A stretch of 64,000 nt of DNA from Scyliorhinus canicula (lineage: Eukaryota): assembly GCF_902713615.1 (NCBI RefSeq), contig NC_052154.1, positions 66,240,621 to 66,304,620 of the forward strand, written 5' to 3'. Below are positions 49,325-63,129 of the stretch, piece after piece. The first letter of the stretch is position 1. Each line of letters starts with the position of its first letter. Below the pieces are notes generated by a model. That model saw only the letters and a program-made list of their open reading frames with translations, had not been told where the DNA came from and did not search any database. A program made the position numbers and the translations under genes.

Positions 49325-49682
49325 GGCCTGCTGACTGGGAGAGACCGGGGCCTGCTGACTGGGAGAGACCGGGGCCTGCTCTCCGCTCCCGGGCCCTGCT
49401 CTCCGCTCCCGGGCCCTGCTCTCCGCTCCCGGGCCCTGCTCTCCGCTCCCGGGCCCTGCTCTCCGCTCCCGGGCCCTGCTCCCCGCTCCCGGGCCCTGCT
49501 CCCCGCTGTCCGCTCCCGGGTCCCCGCTGTCCACTTCCGGCTCCCCGCTGCTCCCGGCTTTTCGCTCCCGGCACCCCGCTGCTCCCGGCTCTCCGCTCCC
49601 GGCACCCCGCCGCTCCCGGCTTTCCGCTCCCGGCACCCCGCCGCTCCCGGCTTTCCGCTCCCGGCTCTCCGCTCCCGGCACC
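49325..49682 (+). repeat. GC-rich 20-bp and related minisatellites at the start of atp6v0d1 intron 1
   Basis: (GGGCCCTGCTCTCCGCTCCC)n followed by GCTCCCGGC-based units. Confidence 0.92.
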
Positions 49683-50129
49683 AGGACTAGCGCAGCCGAG
49701 GCCCTTTCTCTGGCATATGGCAGATTGCTGATTTTCCATGTGTGGAATGGTTGGTGTTTGGACTGAGCTGGGCGCTGTTGCTATAATCGGGAGTGATGTT
49801 TGGTGGGTGTTGTAGGGATAAAGGCTTTTACACATCATTTATTTTGAATCTTGACTGTAACATTCGGGGAACTCAACATTCGGTGATCTGGGCGTCCTCA
49901 GAATCGTAGCATGCTTTCAGCACAGAATGAAGCCATTTGGTCTGTTTAGCCCAGTACTGCCCCCTACAAGAGCAATTCAGCTTGTCCAATAACTCATTCC
50001 CTGGGTGACCAACTCTCTTGGAGAATGTTAAACGGCAGCCTACCATGGGTGTTGGGTGTGGTTAGTGGTACTGACATGGTGGGGAGGGGGTATGGTGTGT
50101 TGTCAGAATTGAGAGGGGGAGATGGACAT

Positions 50130-51396
50130 GCTGTGGGAGTGGGGTGGGTGCACCATCATAGCTGTGAGTGGGATGGGCACACGCTCAGCTGTCAGAACGG
50201 GGTGGGCATGCACTTGCAGCTGTGAGAAGGGGTGGGCATTCCATCATAGCTGTGAGAGTGGGGTGGGCACACTATCATAGCTGGGAGTGGGTTGGGCACA
50301 CCATCATAGCTGTGAGAGGGTTTAGCAGGCCATTGTAGCTCTGAGACTGGGGTGGGCATGCGATCATAGCTGAGAATGGGTTGGAAGGCCATCATAGCTG
50401 TTATAGTGGGGTTGACACACCATCATAGCTTCATAGCTGCGAGAGTGGGGTGGGCATGTCATCATAGCTGCGGGAGTGAGGAGGACACACCATCATAGCT
50501 ATGACTGGGATGGGCATGCCATAGCTATGAGAACGAGGTAGGAGCACCATCATAGCTGTGAGAGTGGGGTGGGCATGCCATCATAGCTGTGGGAATGGGG
50601 TGGGCACACCATCAACAGCTGTGAATGGGGTGGGCACCATCACAGCTGTGAGTGGGGTGGGCACACCATCATAACTGAGTGGGGTGGGCACACCATCAAC
50701 AGCTGTGAATGGGGTGGGCACCATCACAGCTGTGAGTGGGGTGGGCACACCATCAACAGCTGTGAGTGGGGTGGGCACGCACACCATCACAGCTGTCAGT
50801 GGGGTGGGCACTGCATCACAGCTGTGAGTGGGGTGGGCACGGCATCACAGCTGAGTGGGGTGGGCACGGCATCACAGCTGTGAGTGGGGTGGGCACGGCA
50901 TCACAGCTGTGAGTGGGGTGGGCACGGCATCACAGCTGTGAGTGGGGTGGGCACGGCATCACAGCTGCGAGTGAGGTGGGCACGGCATCACAGCTGTGAG
51001 TGCGGTGGGCACGGCATCACAGCTGTGAGTGGGGTGGGCACGGCATCACAGCTGCGAGTGGGGTGGGCACGGCATCACAGCTGCGAGTGGGGTGGGCACG
51101 GCATCACAGCTGCGAGTGGGGTGGGCACGGCATCACAGCTGCGAGTGGGGTGGGCACGGCATCACAGCTGCGAATGGGGTGGGCACGGCATCACAGCTGC
51201 GAATGGGGTGGGCACGGCATCACAGCTGCGAGTGGGGTGGGCACGGCATCACAGCTGCGAGTGGGGTGGGCACGGCATCACAGCTGCGAGTGGGGTGGGC
51301 ACGGCATCACAGCTGCGAGTGGGGTGGGCACGGCATCACAGCTGCGAGTGGGGTGGGCAAGGCATCACAGCTGTGAGTGGGGTGGGCACGGCATCA
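50130..51396 (+). repeat. 29-bp minisatellite in atp6v0d1 intron 1
   Basis: GAGTGGGGTGGGCACGGCATCACAGCTGC/T tandem units, degenerate on the left and near-perfect from ~50820. Confidence 0.95.
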
Positions 51397-51984
51397 GGGT
51401 GGGGCTGGCTGGGGTGGGTGTGCCACCCTGTGTGGGGGCTGGCTGTGGTGACAGCATACCTAAATACAGGATAACCACAAAAGAAGGGCGGGTTGGTCAA
51501 CCTGCCGCATTAATTCGCTGAAACCTTGTAAATGCTTTCTCAACTTATTCCAGTTTGAAAGCCGCAAATTGAATCTGTCTGTACAACACACCCAAGTGGT
51601 GAATTCCAGATCTTAACCATTTACCACTTGGAAAATCTTCATTTTGCCTTTGGCTCTTTTGCCAATCGCTTGAAATCCCTGCCCTCTGATTCTCAGCCTT
51701 TGTGCTGATGTGACGTTCTGTCTAGGCCCCCCATGCTGTTGAATAGCTCTACCAAATCTCAACCTTCTCTAAAGTGTACACTCCCAGCTACTCCAATCCG
51801 TTCATATAACTGGGACCATTCTCAAATTCTTTCTGCACCCTCTCTCTCACCTTCACGTCTTTCCTAAAGTGTGGTGCCCAAAATTCACCGCTACTCCACT
51901 TGAAGCTGAACCTGTGTTTAATCTTTAACAATCTTTATTGTCACAAGTAGGCTTACATTAACACTACAATGATGTTACTGTCGT

Positions 51985-54900
51985 TAAGTCATAGTCATAG
52001 ATGTTTACAGCATGGAAACATGCCCTTCGGCCCACCTTGTCCATGCTGCCCAGTTTCTATCACTAAGCTAGTCCCACTTGCCCGCATTAAGCCCATATCC
52101 CTCTCTACCCACCCTGCCCATGTAACTGTCGAGCTGTTTGTTAAAGGAAATAACTGTACCCACCTCCGGCAGCTCGTTCCAGGTGCTCACCACACTCTGT
52201 GTGAAGAAATTCCCGTCTGATCTCTTTTGTGTATCTCCCCTCTCACCTTAAACCCATGCCCTCTAGTTCTAGACTCCTTTACCTTTGTGAAAATATGTTG
52301 ACTATCTACCTTATCTATGCTCCTCATTATTTTATAGACCTTTATAAGATCACCCCTACGCTCCAGGGAAAAAAGTCCCAGCCTATCCACCCTCTCCTTA
52401 TAACTCAGACCATCAAGTCCTGGTAGCATCCTCATAAATCTGTTCTGCATTATTTCTAGTTTAACAATATCCTTCCTATAATAGGGTGCCCAGAACTGAA
52501 CACAGTATTCCAAGTGCGGTCTTACCAACGTCTTGTACAACTTCAACAAGACGTTCCAACTCCTGTATTCAATATTCTGACCAATAAAACCTAGCATGCT
52601 GAAGGTCTTCTTCCCCACCCTGTCTACCTGCGACTCCACCTTCAAAGAGCTATGAACCTATACCCCTAGATCTCTTTGTTCTGTAACTCTCCCAAACTCC
52701 CTACCATTAACTGAGTAGGTCTTGCCTGATTTGATGTACCAAAATGCATCACCTCACATTCATTCAAATTAAACTGTATCTGCCATTCATTTGCCCACTG
52801 GCCAAGATCCTGTTGCAATCTTATATAACCTTCTTCACTATCCACTATGCCACCAATTTTGGTGTCATCTGCAAACTTAATAACCATGCCTCCTCCATTC
52901 TCATCCAAATCGTTAATATATATAACAAATAACAGTGGACCTAGCACCAATCTCTGAGGCACACCGCTGGTCACAGGCATCCAGTTTGAAAAACAACCCT
53001 CCACAACCACCCTTTGGCTTTGGTTGCCAAGCCAATTTTGTATCCAATTGGCTACCTCACCCTAGATTCCGTGAGATTTAACCTTTTACAACAAAAGCCT
53101 CGCTAAAGTCCATGTAGACAATGTCGACTGCACTGCCCTCATCTACCTTCTTGGTTACCCCTTCAAAAAACTCAATTAAATTCGTGAGACATGACTTTCC
53201 CCTTGCAAAGCCATGCTGACTTTCCCTAATTAGCCATTGCCTGTCTAAATGCCAGTAGATCCTGTCTCTCAGAATACCTTCTAACAATTTACCCACTACA
53301 GAAGTACGGCTAACCGGTCTGTAGTTTGCAGGCTTATCCCTACAGCCCTTCTTAAACAACAACACAACATTTGCTCTCCTCCAATCTTCAGGCACCTCTC
53401 CTGTGACTGTCGATGATTCAAATATCACAGCTAGGGGGCAGCAATTTCCTCCCAATGTCCTGGGATACATTTCGTCAGGTCCGGGGATTTATCTATCTTG
53501 ATGCACTTTAATACCTCCAGCACCTCCTCCTCTGGAATATGTACATTCCTCAAGACATCACTTTTTATTTCCCTAATTTTTGTAACATTCGTGCCTTTCT
53601 TAACAGTAAATACTGACGAGAAATATTCATTTAGGACCTTTCCCATCCCTTGTGGATCTGCACATAGATGATCTTGTTTATCTTTAAGAGACCCGACCCT
53701 CTCCCTAGTCACCCTTTTACCCTTTATGTATCTGTAAAAGCTCTTTGGATTTTCCTTTGCCTTATCTGTCAAGACAATCTCATGTCCCCTTCTTGCCCCC
53801 TGATTTCTCTCTTAACTTACTCTGACAAGCCCTATACTCTTCCAGGGATCCACTTGATCCCAGCTCCCTATGCATGTCATATGCCGCCTCCTTCCTTTTG
53901 TCCTTGGCCTCAATATGAAATGAAATGAAATGAAAATCGCTTATTGTCACGAGTAGGCTTCAAATGAAGTTACTGTGAAAAGCCCCTAGTCGCCACATTC
54001 CGGCGCCTGTTTGGGGAGGCTGTTACGGGACTATCGGGCTGCATCACAGCCTGGTATGGCAACTGCTCAGCCCAGGACCGCAAGGAACTTCAGAGAGTCG
54101 TGAATACCGCCCAGTCCATCACACGAACCTGCCTCCCATCCATTGATTCCATCTACACCTCCCGCTGCCGGGGAAAGTGGGCAGCATAATCAAGGATCCC
54201 TCCCACCCGGCTTACTCACTTTTCCAACTTCTCCCATCGGGCAGGAGATTCAGAAGTCTGAGAACACGCACGAACAGACTCAAAAACAGCTTCTTCCCCA
54301 CTGTCACCAGACTCCTAAATGACCCTCTTATGGACTGACCTCATTAACACTACACCCTGTATGTTTCAACTGATGCCAATGCTTATGTAGTTACATTGTA
54401 TATCTTGTGTTGCCCTATTATGTATTCTCATGTATTTTCTTGAATTCTGTTTAATTCCCTTTTCTTCCATGTACTGAATGATCTGTTGAGCTGCTTGCAG
54501 AAAAATACTTTTCACTGTACCTCGGTACACGTGACAATAAACAAATCCAATCCTGTGTCATCCAAGGTACCCTCCTTCTACCAGCCTTACCCTTCACTCT
54601 AGGAGGAACGTGCTCACCCTGAACATTAGTTAACACTTTTTTGAAAGACTCCCACTTACCAGCTGTCCCCTTGCTTGTAAACAAACTCCCCCAAATCAAC
54701 TTTTGAAAGTTCACACCTAATACCCTTGAAATAGGCCTTGCTCCAATTTAGAATTTTATCATTTGCCAGAACTATCATTCTCCATAGCTATCTTAAAACT
54801 ATGGTCACTGGTCCCAAAGTGATCCCTCACTAACACATCCGTCACCTGTCCTTATTCCGCAAGAGAGATCAAGTTTTGTCCCCTCTCTATTCGGGCCATC

Positions 54901-55350
54901 CACATATTGAATGAGGAATTCTTCCTGAATACACTCGACACATTTCTCTCCATCCAAACACCCAAGTGCTATGGCTGTCCCAGTTAATGTTGGGAAAGTT
55001 AAAGTCCCCAACTATTACCACCCTATTTTCCTGGCAGCTATCTGTAATCTCTTTACATATTTGCTCCTCAATATCCCACTGACTATTTGGGTGCCTATAG
55101 TACAGTCCTATCAAAGTGGTCTCACCCTTCTTATTTTTCACTTCTACCCATATAGACTCAGTGGGTGAACCCTTGGATATACTGTGATACTGTCCCTAAT
55201 CAAAAGCGCAACTCCCCCTTCTCTCTTGCCTCCTGTTCTATCTTTCCTATAGCATTTGTACCCTGGAACATTGAGCTGCCAGTCCTGCCCCTCCTTTAGC
55301 CATGTTTCAGTAATAGCTATAATATCCCAGTCCCATGTACCTATCCTTGC
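51985..55350 (-). mobile_element. CR1 LINE (ORF2 endonuclease-RT, frameshifted), in atp6v0d1 intron 1
   Basis: VGDFNFPNINW, VPEDWRRANV..NYRPVS, QHGF..KSCLTNLIEFF, SGVPQ..KFADDTKIGG, YKTLVRPHLEYCVQFWAP. Interrupted at ~53915-54550. Confidence 0.93.
54030..54550 (+). mobile_element. Rex1/Babar-type LINE 3' fragment nested in the CR1
   Basis: Translates GCITAWYGNCSAQDRKELQRVVNTAQSIT..LLPSGRRFRSLRTRTNRLKNSFFP, then AATAAA and a CAAATCCAATCC tail. Preceded by a minus-strand SINE/LINE tail with (AAATG)n at ~53915-54030. Confidence 0.75.
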
Positions 55351-57639
55351 TGTGTTTAGAAAGGTTCTTCATAACCACCTTGTTTTTGTTGTAAAGCTCA
55401 GGATTCCTTATGCCTGTATAACCACATTCTCACTTTTTGCTATGCCACCTTCAATGGTTTATGCACATAAACCTCAGGCTCTCTTCCTGCACCCGGTGAA
55501 TAATGTTATATTTTGTCATCTTTTGTCATCTTTCTACCAAAGTGTATCACCTCACATTTCTCTGCATTAGATTGCACCTGCCACATGCCAACTTATTCTA
55601 CCAATTGCCTGTTTTCTTAAAGTCTATCATTATCCTCACAGTTTGCAATGCTTTCAAGTTTTGAATGTCTGCAGATTTAGAAATTATGCCCTGTACACCC
55701 AGTCTAAGCTATGTTATGCAAAGCAGTGGTTCTTGTACCAATCACTTGGGCCCCCAATCTTCCTCCAGTCTGAAAGACAACCATTCATTACTGCTTAGCC
55801 AACTTATAATAATCATAATCTTTATTGTTACAAGTAGGCTTACATTAAGATTGCAATGAAGTTACTGTGAAAAGTCCCTAGTCGTCACATTCCGGCACCT
55901 GTTCAGGTACACAGGGAGAATTCAGAATATCCAATTCACCTAACAACACGTCTTTCGGGACTTTTGGGAGGAAACCCCGAGCACCCGGAGGAAGCTCACG
56001 CAGACACTGGGAGAACGTGCAGACTCCACACAGACAGTGACCCAAGCCAGGAATCAAACCTGGAAACCTGGAGCTGTGACGCAACAGTGCTACCCGCTGT
56101 GCTACCGTGCTGCCCACATATCCATGATGCTAGTGTTCTTTTTATTCCATGATCCTCACCTTTGCTGACAAGTCTGTTATGTGGCACTTTATCAGATGCC
56201 TTTTGGAAGTCCAGTTACACCATATCAACTGCATTAGACTCTAACATCTCTTGCCTCATCAAAATTTCCAGTTATTTATTAATGGTTTAACTATGTGCTG
56301 TCTTTCCTTAATCTGCACTTTTGCCTTGGAATATAATTTGTAAAAGCTTTTCTGCCATTGAGGTTAACTGGCCTGTAGCTGTTGAATTTCTCTCCTCTGG
56401 AATAACCCCATCACATGAGGATTGGAAGATTGTGACCAGTACCTACCCAATATTCACTGATAATGACTCTGTTCGAGAAATCCGAACCTCATTTTAACCA
56501 ATAGAACTACGCCACAAGATTTCATGATTTTAAACAAAAGCACAAATTTTATATCCAACAAATTAAACAAAACAAATATGATTAAACTAACACTGTAGTT
56601 TGTAACTGTTATGTTATGCACTCAACTTTACTTCCCCAAAGAATTATCTTTTATATTTTGATACCTTGGACTGATTTACTTCTATTGGGATCACCCAAAG
56701 TATGCCACAGCCCTCTGAAACTACTTTAATTCTCCCCAGCGTCCCAGCTATTCTCAGAGGTATGACTTCACTTGAAATAACAACCTGACAGCTGTCATAC
56801 ACCAGCCCTTTTTCTACTTCATCTCCTCCATCATCCAGGGAATCCTGACCTTCATAGCCCTATCTTCCCCTCGTTGGGAACGTAGCTTGACTGTTCCGAA
56901 CAATCTCCTCTTCAAAGACGGCCCATTGTTCAATCACAGCTTTGCCTGTGAATCCTTGATTCTAATTTAACTGACACAGATTTGTTCTCAACCCAGTGAA
57001 ATTTGCTGTTCTCCAATTAAGTATTTTTACTCTACATTGGACCTCATCTTTTCCATAGCTAGTCTAAATCTTGTGGTGCAATGAACACTTCCCCTACTGA
57101 CTCTTGATCCCCTTGACTCTCCTCATTCCCCAGAACTAGATCGAGAAATGATTCCCTCCTCGGACTGGAAGTATAATGTTGAAGATAATTCTCCTAAATA
57201 CAATTACATTCTTCCCCCTTCTGTATTAATATCTGTCTATATTAGAGTAATTGAAGCCCCACACTGTCACTACTCTATAGTTGCACCTATATGATTGTTC
57301 CCTGCAAATTTACTCCTCTGCAGCTCTTCCATGGTTGGTGACTAATAGAATACAGCCAGTAGTGTAATGACATTTTAATTATTTCTTAACTTTAACCAAA
57401 TAGATTCTGCCCTTGACTCCTCCAGAACATTCTCTCTCTCTGCACTGTAATACTCTCCTTAATACTGTCACCCCATCTCCTTTCTCTTCCTGATCTTTCC
57501 CACAAATCTGTATCCAGGAATATTTAGTACCCACTTCTCTTTTCCAAGCTAGCTCTCCATCACATCCTATGTCGCTCTGCAGTTTACTCTTATTTACCAC
57601 ACTTTGCTTTTGCTCCAGCCTCTGTTCTCCTCTATTTCA

Positions 57640-57835
57640 TCATCCAATCCAGGCCACCAGATATAGCTCCTCGCTATGTCCATCATTCTCATATTTCCAC
57701 AATGGGCCCTCATGTAATTGATTCAACACACGTCTTCTAAATGGTGGTGGAATGATGGCTCTCCTCCCCCAAAGGAGGCTTTCTGTCTGTACAGATAACT
57801 CAAATCTTTGAGTAGAATAAGGATTCAAATCAGGG
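57640..57835 (-). mobile_element. Small Gypsy pol fragment (unrelated to families A and B)
   Basis: ELSVQTESLLWGRRAIIPPPFRRRVLNQLHEG.., the segment preceding the integrase zinc finger in Gypsy elements. Confidence 0.6.
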
Positions 57836-58304
57836 TGTACACATAATAATCTTTATTAGTGATGCAAGTATTAATACTGCAATGAAGTTACTGTGAAAAT
57901 CCCCTCGCCGCCACACTATGGCACCTGTTCGGGTACACTGAGGGAGAGTTCAGAATGTCCAATTCACCTAATTAGCATGTCTTTCGGGACTTTGTGGGAG
58001 GAAACTGGAGTACCCGGAAGAAATCCATGCAAACATGGGAAGAGCGTGCAGACTCTGCATAGACAATAACCCAAGTCAGGAATCGAATTTGGGTCTCTGG
58101 TGCTGTAAAGCATCAGTGCTAACCACTGTGCTACCATGCCATCATATATTACAAACTTCTAAATATAAATGAGATATTTCTAAATATCAATTATATTATA
58201 TATTTCTAAATGGTCTGCTATTATATCCTTCATAATGGCCTCAAACGTTTTCACAATGACATGTTAAGCTAACTGGCCTTGTTTTTTGTCTCCCTCCCTT
58301 TTCT

Positions 58305-59612
58305 TTTTTTAAATGCATTTTATTACAAACATGTATCAAAGTAGGTTACAGCAAATAAACACCCCGGGAAACATACTTCCCAATAATCAGCTATACAGTT
58401 TGTACAGATTCTTCCCCTTTTTCACCCCCCCTCTCCCTATCACCCACCCCCATGCGACGAACAGCTCCTCAAACACGGTCACAAACACCCCCCACCTTTT
58501 CTCAAACTCCCCTGCTGAGCCCCATAACACATACTTTATCTTCACTAACCGCAGGAAGTCGTACAGGTCACCCAACCATGCTGCTACCCCCGGTGGCGAT
58601 GCCGACCGCCACTCCAACAAAATTTGTCGCCATGCAATCAGAGAGATGAAGGCCACAACATCGACCTTCTTCCTCCTCCCATGAGCTCCGGCTTCTCTGA
58701 AACCCCACATATCGCCACCAAAGGGTCCCGGTCCACCTCCTCCTCCACTATCCTGGCTAAGACCTCAAACACTCCCGCCCAGAATCTTCCCAATTTTTCA
58801 CAACCCCAAAACAGGTGCGTGTGATTCTCTGGCCCCCGCCCACACCTCTCACACTCATCTGCTACCCCCTGAAATAACCCACTCATTCTCACCCTAGTCG
58901 TATGCGCCCTGTGCACCCCCTTAAACTGTATCAGGCTCATCCTTGCACAAGAGGAGGTCCCATTTACCCTTCGCAGTGCCTCACTCCCCCAATTGATCTC
59001 CATTCCCAACTCTGCTTCCCATTTCTCCTTGATCTTCAACCCCCGCTCGCCTCCCTGCTCCCCCAGCCACTTGTATATATCCCCAATTCTTCCCTCCCCT
59101 TCCACATCTGGAAGCAGCAGTCGCTCCAGCAGGGTGTATCCTGGCAGTCTAGGGAATCCCTTACACACCTTTTGTGCAAAGTCCCTAACCTGTAGATACC
59201 TGAACTCACTACCCCTCGGCAGCTCTACCCTCGCCCTCAGCTCCTCCAGACTGGCGAACCCTTCCTCCAAATACAAATCCCTCACCTTGACCAGCCCACT
59301 TCCCTCCACCTCCTGTATACACTATCCATCTCCCCGGCTCAAACCCATGATTCTCGCACAGCGGCGTTAGCACCGACATCCCTTCCACCCTAAAATACCT
59401 CCTCAGCTGATTCCATATCTTCACCGTGGACTGCACCACGAATACCTACTGCTCCCTAAATACCTACTCTGAGCCATTGGCAATGCTGCCGTCACCATAG
59501 CCCTCAAACTAGACCCCTTAAAAGATTCCTCCTCCATCCTAACCCACTCTACCCCTTTTCCTTCCCACCACCGCTGCACCTTGTCCACATTTGCCGCCCA
59601 ATAATAATGAAG
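58305..59612 (-). mobile_element. L1/Tx1-clade LINE fragment
   Basis: ORF2 pieces YYWAAN, SLIQFKGVHRAH, CERC..HLFWGC, AWRQILLEWRS, followed by an A-rich tail. Confidence 0.85.
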
Positions 59613-61194
59613 CAAATCTTCCCCCTTTTTAAATATGTATGTTACATTGGCAGTTTTTCAATCCTCTGTGACCTTAAGATACACGTGCACTGTAAATCTG
59701 AAGTGGATCTTATTCTATTTTCATTAGTCTGACCTCGCTATTCCTTTCACTAGCGCTACCTGTCTCTGCCAATCCTATTTGCACTTTTTGCCTTTCAGTG
59801 CTACAGTTTAGTATCTACCCCTCCTGTCAATTTGGATTAAACCATCCCAGTAGCATTAGCAAACCGCCCTTGAGGATATTGGGCCCAGCTCTGTTGAGGT
59901 ACAACTGGATGTTAATTATATTGCATTAATCATTTTCAGATAGTGCTGAAACAAATATCACAAAAATTAGGATGGGGGTAGGATTCAAAAAATAAACTCT
60001 CAGGTAGTGGCAGAAATATTGAATAGTTACTTTGCCTCAGGATTTACCATGGGGAACTAAAGGTGGGTCTGACATTGCAAGAAGTGAAAAAAATAGTCAT
60101 TTAAATAAGTAAAATATTATGTTCTCTCCTTGTAAAGGGCAACTATTTCTTGCCCCAAACTTTATTTGTTTCAGAATACGGTGCAGTCTGAATAGTATTG
60201 GAAATTAAGGTTGAAGCAACATTTCTTTTGGGCTGTGTAACATGATCATCGGTTTCTTTTCACATTTCTTTCATAGAAAACAATATTGAGAAATCTGAAT
60301 ACTTGTATCAATTTTAGGAAAATGACTGCTCTGGAGTTGAGGTCGGTTTAATTGAAGGGTTTGATCTGACATTGCGAATAAGCACTCCATGTTAACTTGC
60401 CCAATAGTTAGTGGTTGTCTTTTACGAAGTGTTTTGCATTTGAAACATAATTGTATTTGAAAATTTTACTTTAATCTGCCATTCTTTACTTTCACCATTA
60501 AGCATGTTAACTTGCTCTCACTTCCTGTTTTTGGCAATCTCAGCTGATGTTGAAATTAAAGATTGTCAACTTGGTAGCAGTTGCATGTTGCGTGTCTGGC
60601 CAGGGCATAAATAGTGCATGAACAATGCTACTTAATTTGATTTATCTTGTTATAAGTCATTAATTGACAGGCAAAGTTCCTGTGAATATAATTCTATGTA
60701 AGTAAATAAATAATAATAAATAGTGAATAATAAATGGAATGCAGAACGAGCTGAAGTGAACTGGCAATTTAGTTTAAGGAATAGAGATGTACTAGTAGAC
60801 ATTTAGAGAGATATTTTAGAATACACACAGCATATACATTCCAATGAAAAAGAAAAGTCACTGGGGGACCCACCATCTGTGGTTAACTTAAAATGTTAAA
60901 GACACTATCAAACTTAAAAAGCTTATAATTGTGCAAGGGTGGGTGCAGGTCAGAAGGTTGGACAGAATATAAAAAGCAACAGAGAAATATTAATAAGGAG
61001 GGAAAAAATAGAGAATGACAGAAAGTTGGCTAGAAATATGAAAGCAGAGAGTAATAGTTTTTATAGATATTTTAAAAAGAAAAAAATAACCCGTGATTAT
61101 TGGTCACATACAAAGTGAATGTGGGGAATTAATAATGGAAAATAAGGAGATGGCCAGATGTGTTGAACTGGTATTTTGGAATGATCTTCACTTT

Positions 61195-62545
61195 TTAAAT
61201 TATATTTTTATTAGGTTTTAAAAATTCTTTTACAAATAATGCAACAAACATTTTCAATGCAAAACAGGTACAGTATAAAACAAGAATTATTGCAAATATA
61301 AGAACAAAAAGATTTTTTTTTTCCAATAATAACAAACAAAACAAAGAAAAAGCAAAGAACTTAAACTCTATACCCCAAATCCCTAACAGCTGATGGTGTT
61401 TAGGTCATTGAAAAAGGAGATAAACAGTTGCCATTTCGGGTAGAATCTCCCTGATGGTAAATTTAATTTTCTCCAAATGCAAAAAGGACATCAAGTCCCC
61501 TAACCAGCCAAAGGCACTAGGTGGGCCAGGAGGCATTCAACCAAGCAGTATCCGCCTCCGGGCTGTCAATGAGGCAAAGGCGATAACGTCCGCCTCTACC
61601 CCAGAGTGAACTGCCGGAAAGTCCAAAACCCAAAATATATGGCCATCAGCGGGGATGGCTGTACTTCTAATTGGAGAATATTAGACATAGTGTTCAAAAA
61701 GGAAACACAAAAGGTGGCGTGTCTGGGGCAGGACCAAAACATATGTGTCTGATCTGCGGAGGACAAGCGAACAGCGGTCACGTCTGTCCTCAACATTTGG
61801 GAGAAATCCGCTCAGCCTTGCCTTGGTCATGTGTGTCCTATGTAGCACTTTGAACTGAATTAGGCTCAACCAGGCACATGAGGATGTGGCGTCGGCCCTG
61901 TATAGGGGCCTCTCTCCAAGCCTCGCTTGTGAGTGTAGGGCCCAGTTCACTCTCCCATTTCGCCCCAGCTAAGCTTCTCCAGGAAGGTGGAGCTTAGAGG
62001 AAAGGAAGGGATAGCCATACGAGTAAAATCTCGAACTTGAAAGTAGCGATAAAGACAAGAGTTGGGTAGCTGAAATTTGTCTGCTAATTCTCTAAAGCTG
62101 GCAAACCATCCCTCCATGAACAGGTTAAGAAAAGGTGGTTGTTATAGATAGGGCCAGGGAATTGGGTCTGTAATATATAAAAGTAGATAATCTGCATAAA
62201 AAAATACCTGATGTTCCATCCCGTCCAATTAATGCCCCTCCATTGATTGGAAGCTCTCAAGGTTATACAGAGAGGCTTGCCAGGGTGAATAAAAGTGGAG
62301 AGAGTGGGCAGCCTTGCCTAGTGCCCCTATTCAGGGAGAAGCAGTCTGAATATAAAGTATTCATGGGGCATGCTGGCAGTAGGGCATTGTATCACAAACA
62401 GATCTATGCGAGAAATACCTGGCCGAATCCAAATCTTCCAAGAATCTCAAACAAATAGTTCCATTCTACCCTGTCAAATGCTTTCTCGGCATCTAAAGAT
62501 ACTATAAACTCTGGCTCAGGTGCAGGAGAGGGAGAATGTATAACA
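61195..62545 (-). mobile_element. L1/Tx1-clade LINE fragments
   Basis: SLIQFKVLHRTH and HMFWSCP pieces, plus RT pieces (DAEKAFDRVEW, RGTRQGCPLSPLLF) near 62290-62500. Confidence 0.75.
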
Positions 62546-63129
62546 TTCCTAAGGTGGCGTATGCTAGCTCGGTCTTCACTCTTGAGGATGCTAGTAGCAT
62601 CCTAGAAATAGCTGTAAATAAGAAATGGAAGACGGAGAGGAAATCAAGAAAATTACAATCACCAGGGAAGTGGTACTGAGCAAATTGTTGGAGCTGTGGG
62701 TTGACGGGTCCTTGAGTCCTGATGGACTTCACCCTAGAGCAGTGCTAACAACCTAGGCTAGTGAGTGGCCCTTCTTCATCTCAGTGGGCCACAAGGTTAA
62801 AATCAGTTTGTTCACTAACCATGACTCTATGAATAGGATTGAATGCATTTGATACATGAATATGTCATAAGTTATAGAAAATGCTTAATCAGTCATATAT
62901 TAATAGAACTGTCTTCAACTTCAAATGGTAAAAACAGATAGTTATGCTTTGATGCAGAGGGAGTGCACGGCTCTCACAGTCAATGCTGTGAGCAATAAGA
63001 ATGCACCTCACTTCACTTGCCCTTGCTTTACGTGCGTGTCATTTTAGTCACGTGGACAACGATCAACAAATCGTCTTGTAGGCAGCACAGAATCCAAATG
63101 GGCCACAGGTTGCCCACCACTGTCTTAGC

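Noticed and set aside
48735-49838. Overlapping GC-rich ORFs around atp6v0d1 exon 1
   Set aside because: Derived from promoter and intron minisatellites; only 49171-49300 matches a known protein.
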